A DNA stretch of 64,000 bases from Patescibacteria group bacterium (GTDB taxonomy: Bacteria > Patescibacteriota > Microgenomatia > UBA8517). The translations under genes and the position numbers were made by a program. Positions 1-10,314 of this stretch are shown here, piece by piece (position 1 is the first letter of the stretch; the number at the start of each line of letters is the position of its first letter). The stretch lies in NCBI GenBank assembly GCA_026416845.1, contig JAOAEL010000002.1, positions 47,422 to 111,421 of the forward strand, written 5' to 3'. Under the pieces are notes generated by a model, which was not told where the DNA came from, ran no database searches, and saw only the letters and a program-made list of their open reading frames with translations.

Positions 1-150
1 CAAAGCATCCGCGATTGCGCCAAGATCTGCTCTTCTTTGAGCATCACGCGCTTTTCTTTCGGCAATTGAAAGATTTGAAATCATAAATACGAAAACGCCA
101 ATCAAGACAACCCCAACGGCTAAAAGTTCGTTCTTATTAAAAAATCTCAT
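1..150 (-). CDS. Pilin/pseudopilin-like protein, 5' part (runs off window)
   Basis: Manual translation MRFFNKNELLAVGVVLIGVFVFMISNLSIAERKARDAQRRADLGAIADAL: hydrophobic helix plus the KARDAQR-x-DL motif typical of CPR pilins; starts 3 nt after the pilD stop. Confidence 0.7.
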   Translation of the reverse strand, partial: MRFFNKNELLAVGVVLIGVFVFMISNLSIAERKARDAQRRADLGAIADAL

Positions 151-153
151 GAT

Positions 154-963
154 CTAGAATTGATAGAAATAACTTAATCTATCAAAAAAAGCAAGTGTGA
201 TAAAAAAACCAATTACCAAAAACGGACCAAAGGCAATTTTGGACCTTAATTTTATTTTTTTGGCAAACAACAAAAAAGCAGAAAATATACCACCCACGAC
301 AAAACTAACCATAAGCCAATATATAGTTCCGTTTAATCCTAAAATTATTCCCACAGGTAATGACAACTTGACATCTCCAAGTCCCATGCCGCGTCCCCCT
401 GTAACAAAGTGCAAAAGCAATAAAAAATTAGACGCCAAAAATCCAGAGAATAGATAAGAATATAAAAAGCCATTGTTAAATAAAATTAAAAGCAAAATTG
501 AAACGCCCAATAAAAAAAACACAAGTTCGTCAGGAATAATCATATAATCATAATCTATCAAAAATATTGAAACCAAAATTGTAATAATCACAAAAAGCGA
601 CAAAAGAGATATGAAATGCTCGTAGCCTGATTTGTTGCAGAGTAGGGAAGTGTCTTGGCAAAATTTTAAGTAAAAACTCGCAAACACAAAAAGCGCGCCT
701 GTCACTATCTCAAGCAAGAAATATCTGTAGGATATTCTTTTGTGACAAAAAGCGCACCGCCCACGCAAAAGTAAAAATCCCAAAAGGGGAATGTTGTGTT
801 TCCAAATCAGCTTTTGTTTGCATTGGGGACAATAAGAAGGCTTGAAGACAAAATCCTCGCCTTTGGGGAGACGCGAAGTTAAAACAGATATAAAAGAGCC
901 AAAACAGGAACCAAGAATAAAAATTAATGATTCTAACATAATCCCAAAACCAAAAACCTGCAA
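154..963 (-). CDS. pilD: Prepilin peptidase/N-methyltransferase (A24)
   Basis: GSFISV, two CxxC pairs (CPQC, CAFC), IDYDYMIIPD, GMGLGDVKL, IAFGPFL motifs; pilus locus context. Confidence 0.95.
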   Translation of the reverse strand: MQVFGFGIMLESLIFILGSCFGSFISVLTSRLPKGEDFVFKPSYCPQCKQKLIWKHNIPLLGFLLLRGRCAFCHKRISYRYFLLEIVTGALFVFASFYLKFCQDTSLLCNKSGYEHFISLLSLFVIITILVSIFLIDYDYMIIPDELVFFLLGVSILLLILFNNGFLYSYLFSGFLASNFLLLLHFVTGGRGMGLGDVKLSLPVGIILGLNGTIYWLMVSFVVGGIFSAFLLFAKKIKLRSKIAFGPFLVIGFFITLAFFDRLSYFYQF

Positions 964-989
964 TCATAGTATACAAATAGTTATCAATT

Positions 990-1019
990 AAAAAAAAGAT
1001 GCCAGCTTTTACTGGCATC
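990..1019 (-). terminator. Intrinsic terminator of pilin 1
   Basis: Perfect 8-bp stem GATGCCAG/CTGGCATC (998-1005/1012-1019) followed on the minus strand by a T tract. Confidence 0.85.
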
Positions 1020-1044
1020 CTCATAAAACACGAAAAATCGGCAA

Positions 1045-1584
1045 CTACTGAATAGAATTCCAATTTTGGTTGCCGGGAGTTGGCGGGGTATCACTACAAA
1101 CCAAACCGGCTCTTCCATCAATAGTTGAATACACAAAAAATGGCTGAAGCCCACTATTACATTTGCTTATCTCGCTTTCCGATTCCATTCTGGCAAAGAC
1201 AATTGCGTTATTTTCTATATCATCATAATCGTAGCATAGGTTGTTAGCACGTACAGCTCCTGCACCACAATTTGGATCATCAGCCCCTATAGAGTAGGTG
1301 ATAGCAGAAGGAACAGTAGAAAGTTCTCCTGAAACAGCTAAAGAATTTAGCCATTGATCATCCTCTGTTACATAAGTTGCGTTTCTTGCAGTGTAATAAG
1401 CTTGCAAAGTTCTTCCTACCTGACCTATCGCACTCTTTCTGCCCGCATCCCTTGTTCTTGCCAATTGTTGTACAGGATTAACAGCAACCAAGACCACAAC
1501 TGCTAAAACTCCTAGAATTGCAATAACAATTAAAAGCTCTATCAAGGTGAAACCAAAATAGTTCGAGTATGAATTCTTTTTCAT
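1045..1584 (-). CDS. Type IV pilin (paralog 1)
   Basis: G|FTLIELLIVIAILGVL class III signal; C-terminal cysteines. Confidence 0.93.
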   Translation of the reverse strand: MKKNSYSNYFGFTLIELLIVIAILGVLAVVVLVAVNPVQQLARTRDAGRKSAIGQVGRTLQAYYTARNATYVTEDDQWLNSLAVSGELSTVPSAITYSIGADDPNCGAGAVRANNLCYDYDDIENNAIVFARMESESEISKCNSGLQPFFVYSTIDGRAGLVCSDTPPTPGNQNWNSIQ

Positions 1585-1590
1585 CTTTTT

Positions 1591-1600
1591 TTCACCTCCT
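1591..1600 (-). promoter_or_regulatory. Strong Shine-Dalgarno AGGAGGTGAA for pilin 1
   Basis: ttcacctcct on the + strand, 6 nt from the ATG at 1584. Confidence 0.85.
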
Positions 1601-1657
1601 TTTCTTGCAAGTTTTATCTAAAGTTTTAAAAAAACAAAAACTGGCAAAGCTAATTCC

Positions 1658-1687
1658 AGTATTCAGTCAAAGTGTATCTAATGTCAA
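1658..1687 (-). promoter_or_regulatory. Sigma70-like promoter TTGACA-N18-AATACT, pilin 1
   Basis: Same hexamers and spacing recur upstream of pilin 2. Confidence 0.65.
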
Positions 1688-1862
1688 GTTTTATCAAAGT
1701 TCTTGACTTTCAATTAAGAAACAATTGAGAAATAATGAGCCACATTTTTTGGAATTTTAAACTAACTCAAAAAAAGCGAAACGTATACATTAACACGAAC
1801 ACGCTAAATTTTTCCATTAAATTTATCCTTATCCTAGTTTACAATAACCAACACAACCCAAT

Positions 1863-1912
1863 TAAGATTAGAAATGCAAAATCTAAATAAGATTAGAAAT
1901 GCAAAATCTAAA
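1863..1912. repeat. Perfect 2 x 25-bp tandem repeat TAAGATTAGAAATGCAAAATCTAAA
   Basis: Read directly at 1863-1887 and 1888-1912. Confidence 0.9.
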
Positions 1913-1927
1913 ACAGAATAATCTAGG

Positions 1928-1957
1928 AAAAAAAGGGTACCCCTCGAGGCACCCTTT
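1928..1957 (-). terminator. Intrinsic terminator of pilin 2
   Basis: AAAGGGT...ACCCTTT stem with a T tract on the minus strand, about 50 nt after the pilin 2 stop. Confidence 0.7.
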
Positions 1958-2007
1958 AAAAATTAAAAATAATTTTTGCTAATTTTGCAAATTAACCAAT
2001 TAGCCAA

Positions 2008-2559
2008 TTATTGCACACTATTCCACGTCCAACCACCAGTGGTACCATCCGTTGCAGCCGTAGGGGCAGAAGCACTACAAACTAAACCTCCTCTCCCTTG
2101 ACGGCTAGAGTAAACAAAATATGCTACAGTACCAGTTGCACATTTACTAGCTTCAACATTAGATTCCATTCGTGCATAAACGATAACACGTCCTAATGTT
2201 GTATCGTAATCATAACACAAGTTATTCTGCTCTGCGGCGCCAGAACATCCTGCATTGCCAGAAGCATAGGATATGGCTGAAGGCGCAGATGCTAGCTCTC
2301 CTGAAGTGACAAGCGAATCTAACCAAGTGGCATTCTCCGTAACATATGTACCATTCCTCGCAGTGTAATATGCCTGCAAAGCTCGTCCTAATTGAGTTAT
2401 CGCGCTTTTCCTACCTGAATCTCTAGTTCTTGCTAACTGCTGTACAGGATTAATAGCCACCAAAACCACAACCGCTAAAACTCCTAAAATCGCAATAACG
2501 ATGAGCAACTCAATGAGGGTAAAACCTGAAGGTTTGGCAGTATTTTTCAATTTATTCAT
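2008..2559 (-). CDS. Type IV pilin (paralog 2)
   Basis: G|FTLIELLIVIAILGVL; ATG at 2559 preferred over GTG 2568 because SD AAGGGGGTGA lies at 2565-2574. Confidence 0.93.
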   Translation of the reverse strand: MNKLKNTAKPSGFTLIELLIVIAILGVLAVVVLVAINPVQQLARTRDSGRKSAITQLGRALQAYYTARNGTYVTENATWLDSLVTSGELASAPSAISYASGNAGCSGAAEQNNLCYDYDTTLGRVIVYARMESNVEASKCATGTVAYFVYSSRQGRGGLVCSASAPTAATDGTTGGWTWNSVQ

Positions 2560-2666
2560 CGTTCTCACCCCCTTGGCAGAAAACTAAAACTTTAAGGTTA
2601 TCTGAAACCTTAATTCAAGCCAAAAGAAAAATTGGCTTAAAAAAATTTATAATTTTCTTACATTTA

Positions 2667-2696
2667 AGTATTAAACACCAAAATACAACGTGTCAA
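2667..2696 (-). promoter_or_regulatory. Sigma70-like promoter TTGACA-N18-AATACT, pilin 2
   Basis: tgtcaa at 2691-2696 and agtatt at 2667-2672; identical architecture to the pilin 1 promoter. Confidence 0.65.
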
Positions 2697-2732
2697 GAGC
2701 AAAGCGAAGAAATTGAAAGATACAAAAAATAT

Positions 2733-3938
2733 TTACAAGTTTGTGGTCAGATTATAAATTGGCATGATTACAGAAATGATCAAAAAGGCAACCCCTATGC
2801 CTAAAATTATCAAAATGGCAGGCTCTATAGCCGTGGTAAGCGCTTTTACCTTCTGCTCACTCTCCACTTCGAAAACATGACTGACCTTTTGCAAAACCTC
2901 ATCCACCTTGCCTGTTTCCTCTCCCACGGATACCATTTGAGCCAAAATAAAAGGAAAAGCATCAGGATGTCTGGCAAAAGCGTATCCCAAAGGGAAGCCC
3001 TTTTCAACTAATTTCGCCACATCTTTGACAGCATTTGAAATTACAACATTTGGCACTGCTTCTCCCACTATGGATAAACTTTCAAGTATTGAAACACCAG
3101 CTCCAATCATAAGGCTTAAAGTTCTAGTAAAATCAGTCAAAAAAATTGTTCGCATAAGCTCGCCAATTATGGGAATTTTAAAAAGCATTTCATCTGTTGT
3201 CAGACGACCATCCTTTGTGTCCCTATATAGTTTAAAGCCCCAAGCTAAAGCTCCCATGATAATTAAAATTATCGGCCAAAAATTAACCATAAAGTCAGAT
3301 GTAGACATTAAAATCTTGGTCGTGATAGGCAAATCGGCATTTAATTGGCCATAAAGAGATGTAAGCCTTGGAACAACAAAAATCATCATTATAAAAGCAA
3401 CAATTATCATGCCAACCACTATAATTACAGGATATACTAAAGCCCCTTTTACTTTGCCTTGAAACTCTTGTTGTTTTTCTAAATCGTTTGCCAAACGAGT
3501 TAAAATTTCATCCAAAACTCCGCTAGTTTCACCTGCCTTCACAAGAGCGATATAGTTTTTTGAAAAGACTTTCGGATGCTTTGCCATCGCAAAAGAAAGC
3601 GATTCTCCCTGCTGAACATCGGCAAGTATCTGATTTACTATTTTTTGCACAGATTCTTTTGAACCAGCAGACAGAATTGACAATGCTTCAGTCAAGGGAA
3701 GTCCTGAATTAATCATGGTTGCAAGCTGTCTGGTAAATGCAACAAGATCTGCGAATTTGATTCTTTCGCTCATCTTTTGCAAAAACGATAAAGAAAAACC
3801 TGAAGCGTCTGATATGGAAATTACAAACAAACCTCGTTTTTGTAGAAGTTTGGCGGCTGTTTCAGCAGTAGGGGATTCTACTTCTCCCGTCATCAACTTT
3901 CCATCCTGATTTTTGGCTTTAAACTTAAATCTTTTCAT
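2733..3938 (-). CDS. pilC: Type IV pilus platform protein PilC/GspF
   Basis: FTRQLATMINSGLPL, AGETSGVLD, ALVYP, VGEETGKVD, two T2SSF domains. Confidence 0.95.
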   Translation of the reverse strand: MKRFKFKAKNQDGKLMTGEVESPTAETAAKLLQKRGLFVISISDASGFSLSFLQKMSERIKFADLVAFTRQLATMINSGLPLTEALSILSAGSKESVQKIVNQILADVQQGESLSFAMAKHPKVFSKNYIALVKAGETSGVLDEILTRLANDLEKQQEFQGKVKGALVYPVIIVVGMIIVAFIMMIFVVPRLTSLYGQLNADLPITTKILMSTSDFMVNFWPIILIIMGALAWGFKLYRDTKDGRLTTDEMLFKIPIIGELMRTIFLTDFTRTLSLMIGAGVSILESLSIVGEAVPNVVISNAVKDVAKLVEKGFPLGYAFARHPDAFPFILAQMVSVGEETGKVDEVLQKVSHVFEVESEQKVKALTTAIEPAILIILGIGVAFLIISVIMPIYNLTTNL

Positions 3939-3959
3939 GCTCAGAAAAAAGAGGTGGAA

Positions 3960-5018
3960 TTAATTCACTCGCACCAAACGCGAAAGCTCATCTGGCCTTT
4001 GTGCATATGACTTTGCAGTTTCTAAATCTACTTTGCCATCTCTCACATGTTTGGCTAAAGACATTTCAAGGGTATTCATGCCAAGTTCGGTTGATGTTTG
4101 GATAATATTATCTATCTGATGAACTTTGCCTTCTCTTATTGCCGTCCTCACTGCCGATGTCCCAAGCATTACTTCATACGCAACTACACGTCCGCCATGC
4201 AAATCAGGAACAAGCCTCATAGAAAACACCGCTTCCACTACGTTTGCCAATTGAAAACGAACTTGTTCTTGTTGTTCGTTGGGGAATACATCGACAATAC
4301 GGTCAATTGTTTGAGCCGCGGAATTTGTATGAAGTGTGGCAAATACCAAATGCCCAGTTTCTGCAACAGTTAAAGCAGATGCTATTGTCTCATAATCTCG
4401 CATTTCTCCTATTAAAACAACATCAGGATCTTCACGAAGAACGGATTTTAAAGCCATTTGCCAAGAAAGAGAATCTTTACCAATCTCACGTTGGGAAATA
4501 ATACATTTTATAGGCTTAAAAATGAATTCTATGGGATCTTCTATTGTAACTATATGTCCAGATCTAGAAGAGTTGATTTCATTTAACATCGCCGCGAGTG
4601 TGGTAGATTTACCATGTCCAGTAGGCCCAGTGACTAAAATTAATCCTTGCCTTAAACCAGTAAAAGTATGCAATACTGTAGGTAAACCCAATTCATCTAC
4701 CGTAGGAATCGAAAGAGGGATTAATCTAAACGCTATAGCAGGAGTACCTTTTTGTGTATAAGCATTAACGCGAAAACGAACTTTGTTGGAAAAAGAGTAA
4801 GAAAAATCAATTTCTTTGTTTAAAGTAAATTTTTCATACTGTTCCGCAGAAAGTATTTGTTTTAAATACTTTTCTATTACATCAGAAGTCAATACAAATT
4901 CTCCGGAAATAGGAGATAATACTCCATGAATACGCAAATAAGGCGGGACACCACTAATAACATGCAAATCTGAAGCACTTTTAGCTATAGTTAACTCTAA
5001 CAAATCCTTGATTTCCAT
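3960..5018 (-). CDS. pilT: Pilus retraction ATPase PilT
   Basis: GPTGHGKSTT, TIEDPIE, LREDPDVVLIGEMRD, AETGHLV, AIRE motif. Confidence 0.95.
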   Translation of the reverse strand: MEIKDLLELTIAKSASDLHVISGVPPYLRIHGVLSPISGEFVLTSDVIEKYLKQILSAEQYEKFTLNKEIDFSYSFSNKVRFRVNAYTQKGTPAIAFRLIPLSIPTVDELGLPTVLHTFTGLRQGLILVTGPTGHGKSTTLAAMLNEINSSRSGHIVTIEDPIEFIFKPIKCIISQREIGKDSLSWQMALKSVLREDPDVVLIGEMRDYETIASALTVAETGHLVFATLHTNSAAQTIDRIVDVFPNEQQEQVRFQLANVVEAVFSMRLVPDLHGGRVVAYEVMLGTSAVRTAIREGKVHQIDNIIQTSTELGMNTLEMSLAKHVRDGKVDLETAKSYAQRPDELSRLVRVN

Positions 5019-5019
5019 A

Positions 5020-6765
5020 TTACTCTTGTGCTACACGCAAAATTTCTTCAACTGTGGTAATCCCTTCTATTACTTTTAAATAACCATCTTGTTTCATAGT
5101 TACCATACCTTCTTCCCGAGCCTGTTTTTCTATTTCTCCGGAACTTGCTCGTTCCAAAATAAGCCTACTAATTTTTTCACTTACTGGCAATACTTCAAAA
5201 ATACCTACTCTTCCATAGTAACCTGTATTTCCACACTCAGAGCAACCAGCACCTTTGTAAAATTTTGATGACATATCTCTCTTCCATAAAGGTCCTAAGA
5301 CGTTCTGCATTTCTTCTAAAACCTTTGGTTCCAAATTTTGCTCAATTTTACAACTTGCATGTATTTTTCTGACAACACGCTGTGCAACAATTGCAGTTAC
5401 TGATGAAGCCAGCAAAAAAGGTTCAGCTTTCATATCAAGAAGTCTTGGCAATGCGCCAGCAGCGTCGTTTGTATGCAAAGTTGCAAACACAAGATGCCCT
5501 GTAAGCGACGCTTGAATTGCCAAGTCCGCAGTTTCTGAATCCCTAATTTCTCCAACCAAAATAATGTTTGGATCTTGTCTTAAAAAAGCTCTTAAACCAG
5601 ATGCAAAAGTTAGGCCAGCCGCTGGATTCACTTGAACCTGATTAACACCCGGAATTTTGTATTCAATTGGATCTTCGAGAGTAACAATATTTACCTTAGG
5701 AGTATTTAATTTTTGAATAATTGAATACAAAGTTGTCGTTTTCCCTGAACCAGTAGGCCCTGTAATTAAAATAATACCATGAGGCTTCAATATTGCTTCT
5801 TGTAAATTCTTTAATGCCAAACCTCTAAATCCCAAATCTGGCAAATCAGGAACGCCACCTGTTTTTTTAAGTATTCTCATAACAATTTTCTCACCAAGGG
5901 CAGTAGGCAATGTAGAAACACGCAAATCTACTTCTTGATTTTCAAATCTAAAATTAAACCTTCCATCTTGCGGAACTCGCTTTTCATCAATTTTCATATC
6001 AGACAATATTTTTATACGAGAAACCAAAGCATCGTGAAGCTCACGAGGAATAGTAAGACTTTCCTGCAATATTCCATCAATCCTATACCTCACTCGTGTC
6101 GAACGCTCTTGAGGTTCAATATGAATATCGGAAGCTCGAGCTTTAATCGAATAACTAAGAATATGCATAACAATTTCGCCAATCTTTTCCTCACGAATCA
6201 CACCAACACGTGTCGAATCAAATGTACGAACTTTTGAATTTGTTCCAATAACATCTTTTAAAGCTTCAGAAACTTCACGGGCCAATGTAGAACTGTAAGA
6301 AGTAGAAATCATTAAATCAATTTTCGTAGGTTCCGCAGCAAAAGGTTTAACTATCATTCCAGTCTTTCGCTCTATAAATTCTATTGCACCAAGATCGAGA
6401 GGATTTGCCATTGCCAAAGAAAACTGTTTTGATGATTTATCAACCGAAATAGGAAAAACTTTAAATCTATTTGCTATTTCCTGTGTAATTAAAGCTAAAG
6501 CTTCAGGAGAAATTGGGATAGAATCAAGATCAACATAAGAAACATTATAAAGTTCTGCTTTAGCCTTGGTAAGAGAACTTTCATCCACAAGATTTTGAGA
6601 TTTAATTATTTCTTCTTGGCTTTTGCCAGTTTGTACTTCCAAAAGTTTTACTTGCTTTGCACGATTTTCATCAAAAACTCCATAACCCAAAAGTATGTCA
6701 ACCAAAGTTCTAGCAGATGAAAATTGAGACAAATTATAATTTTTTGACATGCTTTGCATAAACAA
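5020..6765 (-). CDS. pilB: Pilus assembly ATPase PilB/GspE
   Basis: ASDIHIEP, RVPQDGR, GPTGSGKTTTLY, LRQDPNIILVGEIRD, C-terminal Zn motif. Confidence 0.95.
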   Translation of the reverse strand: MFMQSMSKNYNLSQFSSARTLVDILLGYGVFDENRAKQVKLLEVQTGKSQEEIIKSQNLVDESSLTKAKAELYNVSYVDLDSIPISPEALALITQEIANRFKVFPISVDKSSKQFSLAMANPLDLGAIEFIERKTGMIVKPFAAEPTKIDLMISTSYSSTLAREVSEALKDVIGTNSKVRTFDSTRVGVIREEKIGEIVMHILSYSIKARASDIHIEPQERSTRVRYRIDGILQESLTIPRELHDALVSRIKILSDMKIDEKRVPQDGRFNFRFENQEVDLRVSTLPTALGEKIVMRILKKTGGVPDLPDLGFRGLALKNLQEAILKPHGIILITGPTGSGKTTTLYSIIQKLNTPKVNIVTLEDPIEYKIPGVNQVQVNPAAGLTFASGLRAFLRQDPNIILVGEIRDSETADLAIQASLTGHLVFATLHTNDAAGALPRLLDMKAEPFLLASSVTAIVAQRVVRKIHASCKIEQNLEPKVLEEMQNVLGPLWKRDMSSKFYKGAGCSECGNTGYYGRVGIFEVLPVSEKISRLILERASSGEIEKQAREEGMVTMKQDGYLKVIEGITTVEEILRVAQE

Positions 6766-6875
6766 TTTATTATTGTCAAAAAATAAAAAGCATTCAAGAA
6801 ACGAAAATTAAACTTAAAACTTTAACTTTAATTGATTACCCAAATATTATATTTTTACAATTATTAAGTGAAACC

Positions 6876-7499
6876 ATGCACGCATACCTTTTTGTCGGAA
6901 ATCAAGAAAATCTTAAAAATAATGTCAACAATTTAGCTAAAAAAATTTCTGCTCACGTCTATCCTATGCAAATAAAAAGTATCAAAGATGTTAATGTCAT
7001 AAGTTCATTTATTAAACTAGCTCAAAATCAAAAAATAATTATTACAATAGAAAACATCCAAAATGCCTCAAACGAAGCTTTGCAAGCATTTTTAAAAGAT
7101 TTAGAAGAACCACAAAAAAATGTATACTTCGCCTTACATGCATTAAACGAAAGTAATTTATTGCCAACAATAATTTCAAGGTGTCAGGTTATATATATTG
7201 GCAACAAAAACAACTTTAAAAAAGACCCATCTTTGTTAAAAGAATATTTCTCGGTTCCTCTTCAAGAAAAATTAAATATAATTGACAATCTAAAGGACAG
7301 AAATGAAACAATTGAATTTTTGGATGATATTCTAAAATTGCAACATCAAATTTTGCTAAAAAATCCTAATTTAGAAATGGTACGAGATATAGAAATTGTG
7401 CAAAAAACAAAAAGAAATATTATGCTAAATGGAAATTTGTTTTTGCATTTGTCGCAAATGACAATCTCACTTAGTCAAACCAAAAAAACTAGTGCTTAA
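6876..7499 (+). CDS. holB: DNA polymerase III delta'-like subunit (shortened)
   Basis: HAYLFVG, ALQAFLKDLEEP, LLPTIISRC (SRC motif); lacks the Zn module. Confidence 0.7.
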   Translation: MHAYLFVGNQENLKNNVNNLAKKISAHVYPMQIKSIKDVNVISSFIKLAQNQKIIITIENIQNASNEALQAFLKDLEEPQKNVYFALHALNESNLLPTIISRCQVIYIGNKNNFKKDPSLLKEYFSVPLQEKLNIIDNLKDRNETIEFLDDILKLQHQILLKNPNLEMVRDIEIVQKTKRNIMLNGNLFLHLSQMTISLSQTKKTSA

Positions 7500-7590
7500 A
7501 TTTGATTTTTAAGGCCTATCTCGTATAAACTGCCACAAGCACAATCTAAAAGGCTTAAGTAAAAATCGCAATCAAAAATCAAAAAAATAA

Positions 7591-9567
<1,977 letters not shown>

Positions 9568-9659
9568 AATTATCTTATTTATGCGAAAGAATCATTTTTG
9601 TAATATGCTTATGCATTCATAATTGCCAAAGTTTTTATTTTTGTTTTATAATAGCTTGT

Positions 9660-10196
9660 ATGAATTTGCTCCACGATATTCCCGCAGGCGATCCAGAAAA
9701 ACTGGTAAATGTAGTAATTGAAATACCAGTGGGAAGTCAAATAAAATATGAGTACAATAAGGAACTTGGCATAATCTCCGCCGATAGGTTTTTGTACACA
9801 GCTTTTACATATCCTTTTAATTATGGTTTTATCCCAGGCACATGGAGCGAAGACGAAGACCCGCTTGATATAGTGGTGATTGCAAGTCAACCAATATCAA
9901 CAGGTACTCTTGTTGAATGTCGAGTAATTGGTATGCTTGCAACAGAAGACGAAGAAGGAAAAGACGCTAAATTAATCGCTTTGCCAAAAGCAAAAGTTGA
10001 TCCAGTTTATGCTGAAATTGATGATATCAAAAATTTACCGGAAGCGCTAAAAAACAAAATCAAGCACTTCTACGAAAATTATAAAACCATCGAGCCGGGC
10101 AAATGGGTTAAAGTGACAGGATGGCAAGCAAAAGAAAAGGCAATAAAAACAGTCAAAGAGAGTATAACAAGATACCAACGCCATTTTAAAAAATAA
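9660..10196 (+). CDS. ppa: Family I inorganic pyrophosphatase
   Basis: IEIP, KYE, YPFNYGFIP, DEDPLD, DAKLIA. Confidence 0.95.
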   Translation: MNLLHDIPAGDPEKLVNVVIEIPVGSQIKYEYNKELGIISADRFLYTAFTYPFNYGFIPGTWSEDEDPLDIVVIASQPISTGTLVECRVIGMLATEDEEGKDAKLIALPKAKVDPVYAEIDDIKNLPEALKNKIKHFYENYKTIEPGKWVKVTGWQAKEKAIKTVKESITRYQRHFKK

Positions 10197-10314
10197 CGCT
10201 TCTTGGCACGTTTTGCTTGATAAAATAAATCAAACACTCTACAATGTCTGATGTTTGGCGGCTAAATAGCTTAATTTTTTTCAACAAAACTTGAATTAAA
10301 AAAATTAATTTTCT

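Noticed and set aside
1863-1912. CRISPR array
   Set aside because: Two abutting copies with no spacer and no cas genes; no array seen anywhere in the window
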